A stretch of DNA of 44,219 nt, from IMG/VR virus record IMGVR_UViG_3300036784_000137, positions 1 to 44,219 of that record; one strand, 5' to 3'. The notes under the pieces were generated by a model that ran no database searches, was not told where the DNA came from, and saw only the letters and a list, made by a program, of their open reading frames with translations. Shown one piece after another: positions 43,885-44,219 of this stretch. A program made the translations under genes and the position numbers. The stretch is from a virus. Taxonomy: Duplodnaviria; Caudoviricetes. The stretch's first letter is position 1, and each line of letters starts with the position of its first letter.

Positions 43885-44219
43885 CAGAGCTGATATCCGC
43901 CGGCCGCGACCGACACCAGACCGCCCGCTCCCGGGGGAGCCGAGATCACCGCAATCGCGGTGTTGATGGCGCTGGAGGGGATGCACGGATTGAACACCAT
44001 CTCGGTCAAGCCGATCCCGGAAGCGAGTGGCGCCGTCCATTGCATGAAATTCAGAGTGCCGCTCACGGTGCCGGTAACCGTCGAATTTGTTGTTATCGCC
44101 GCCGTGGCGTTGGCCCGTATCGACATCCAGCAAATATAGGTCTTGAGCGAAACCGAGGCGGCGAGCGTTGCGGTCGTGGCGGCCGTCGTGCCGGTCGCCG
44201 ACGCCGTGATGGGCAACGC
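43884..44219 (-). CDS. 3' part of the gene at 197..988 (circular continuation)
   Basis: Translation identical to the C-terminus of 197..988. Confidence 0.85.
   Translation of the reverse strand, partial: ALPITASATGTTAATTATLAASVSLKTYICWMSIRANATAAITTNSTVTGTVSGTLNFMQWTAPLASGIGLTEMVFNPCIPSSAINTAIAVISAPPGAGGLVSVAAGGYQL

Overview
Apparently complete, circularly permuted ~43.7 kb genome of a podovirus-like tailed phage. The host is probably an alphaproteobacterium (GcrA homologue, VPLPA-CTERM protein, high GC). Most genes lie on the minus strand: terminase, portal, scaffold, major capsid, decoration, adaptor/closure, fibre, GNAT plus ejection cassette and appendage genes, along with a replication/regulatory/accessory arm (rep protein, GcrA, split C5-methyltransferase, 2OG-Fe(II) oxygenase, aspartic protease, two HNH endonucleases). 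A short plus-strand arm carries a YqaJ exonuclease, an ERF recombinase and an HTH protein. I could not recognise an integrase, endolysin or small terminase subunit. The most striking feature is six fibre/adhesin/glycosidase-type genes in the tail region that start with Sec-type signal peptides and carry even numbers of cysteines. Together with an exported aspartic protease, a thioester-domain VPLPA-CTERM protein and a Tat-like mini-protein carrying a copy of the capsid N-terminus, this suggests a periplasm-dependent virion assembly or surface-display system. The window ends overlap (offset 43,687), but the first ~428 bp are a divergent allele of the end. All annotations come from manual motif recognition; no database searches were run.
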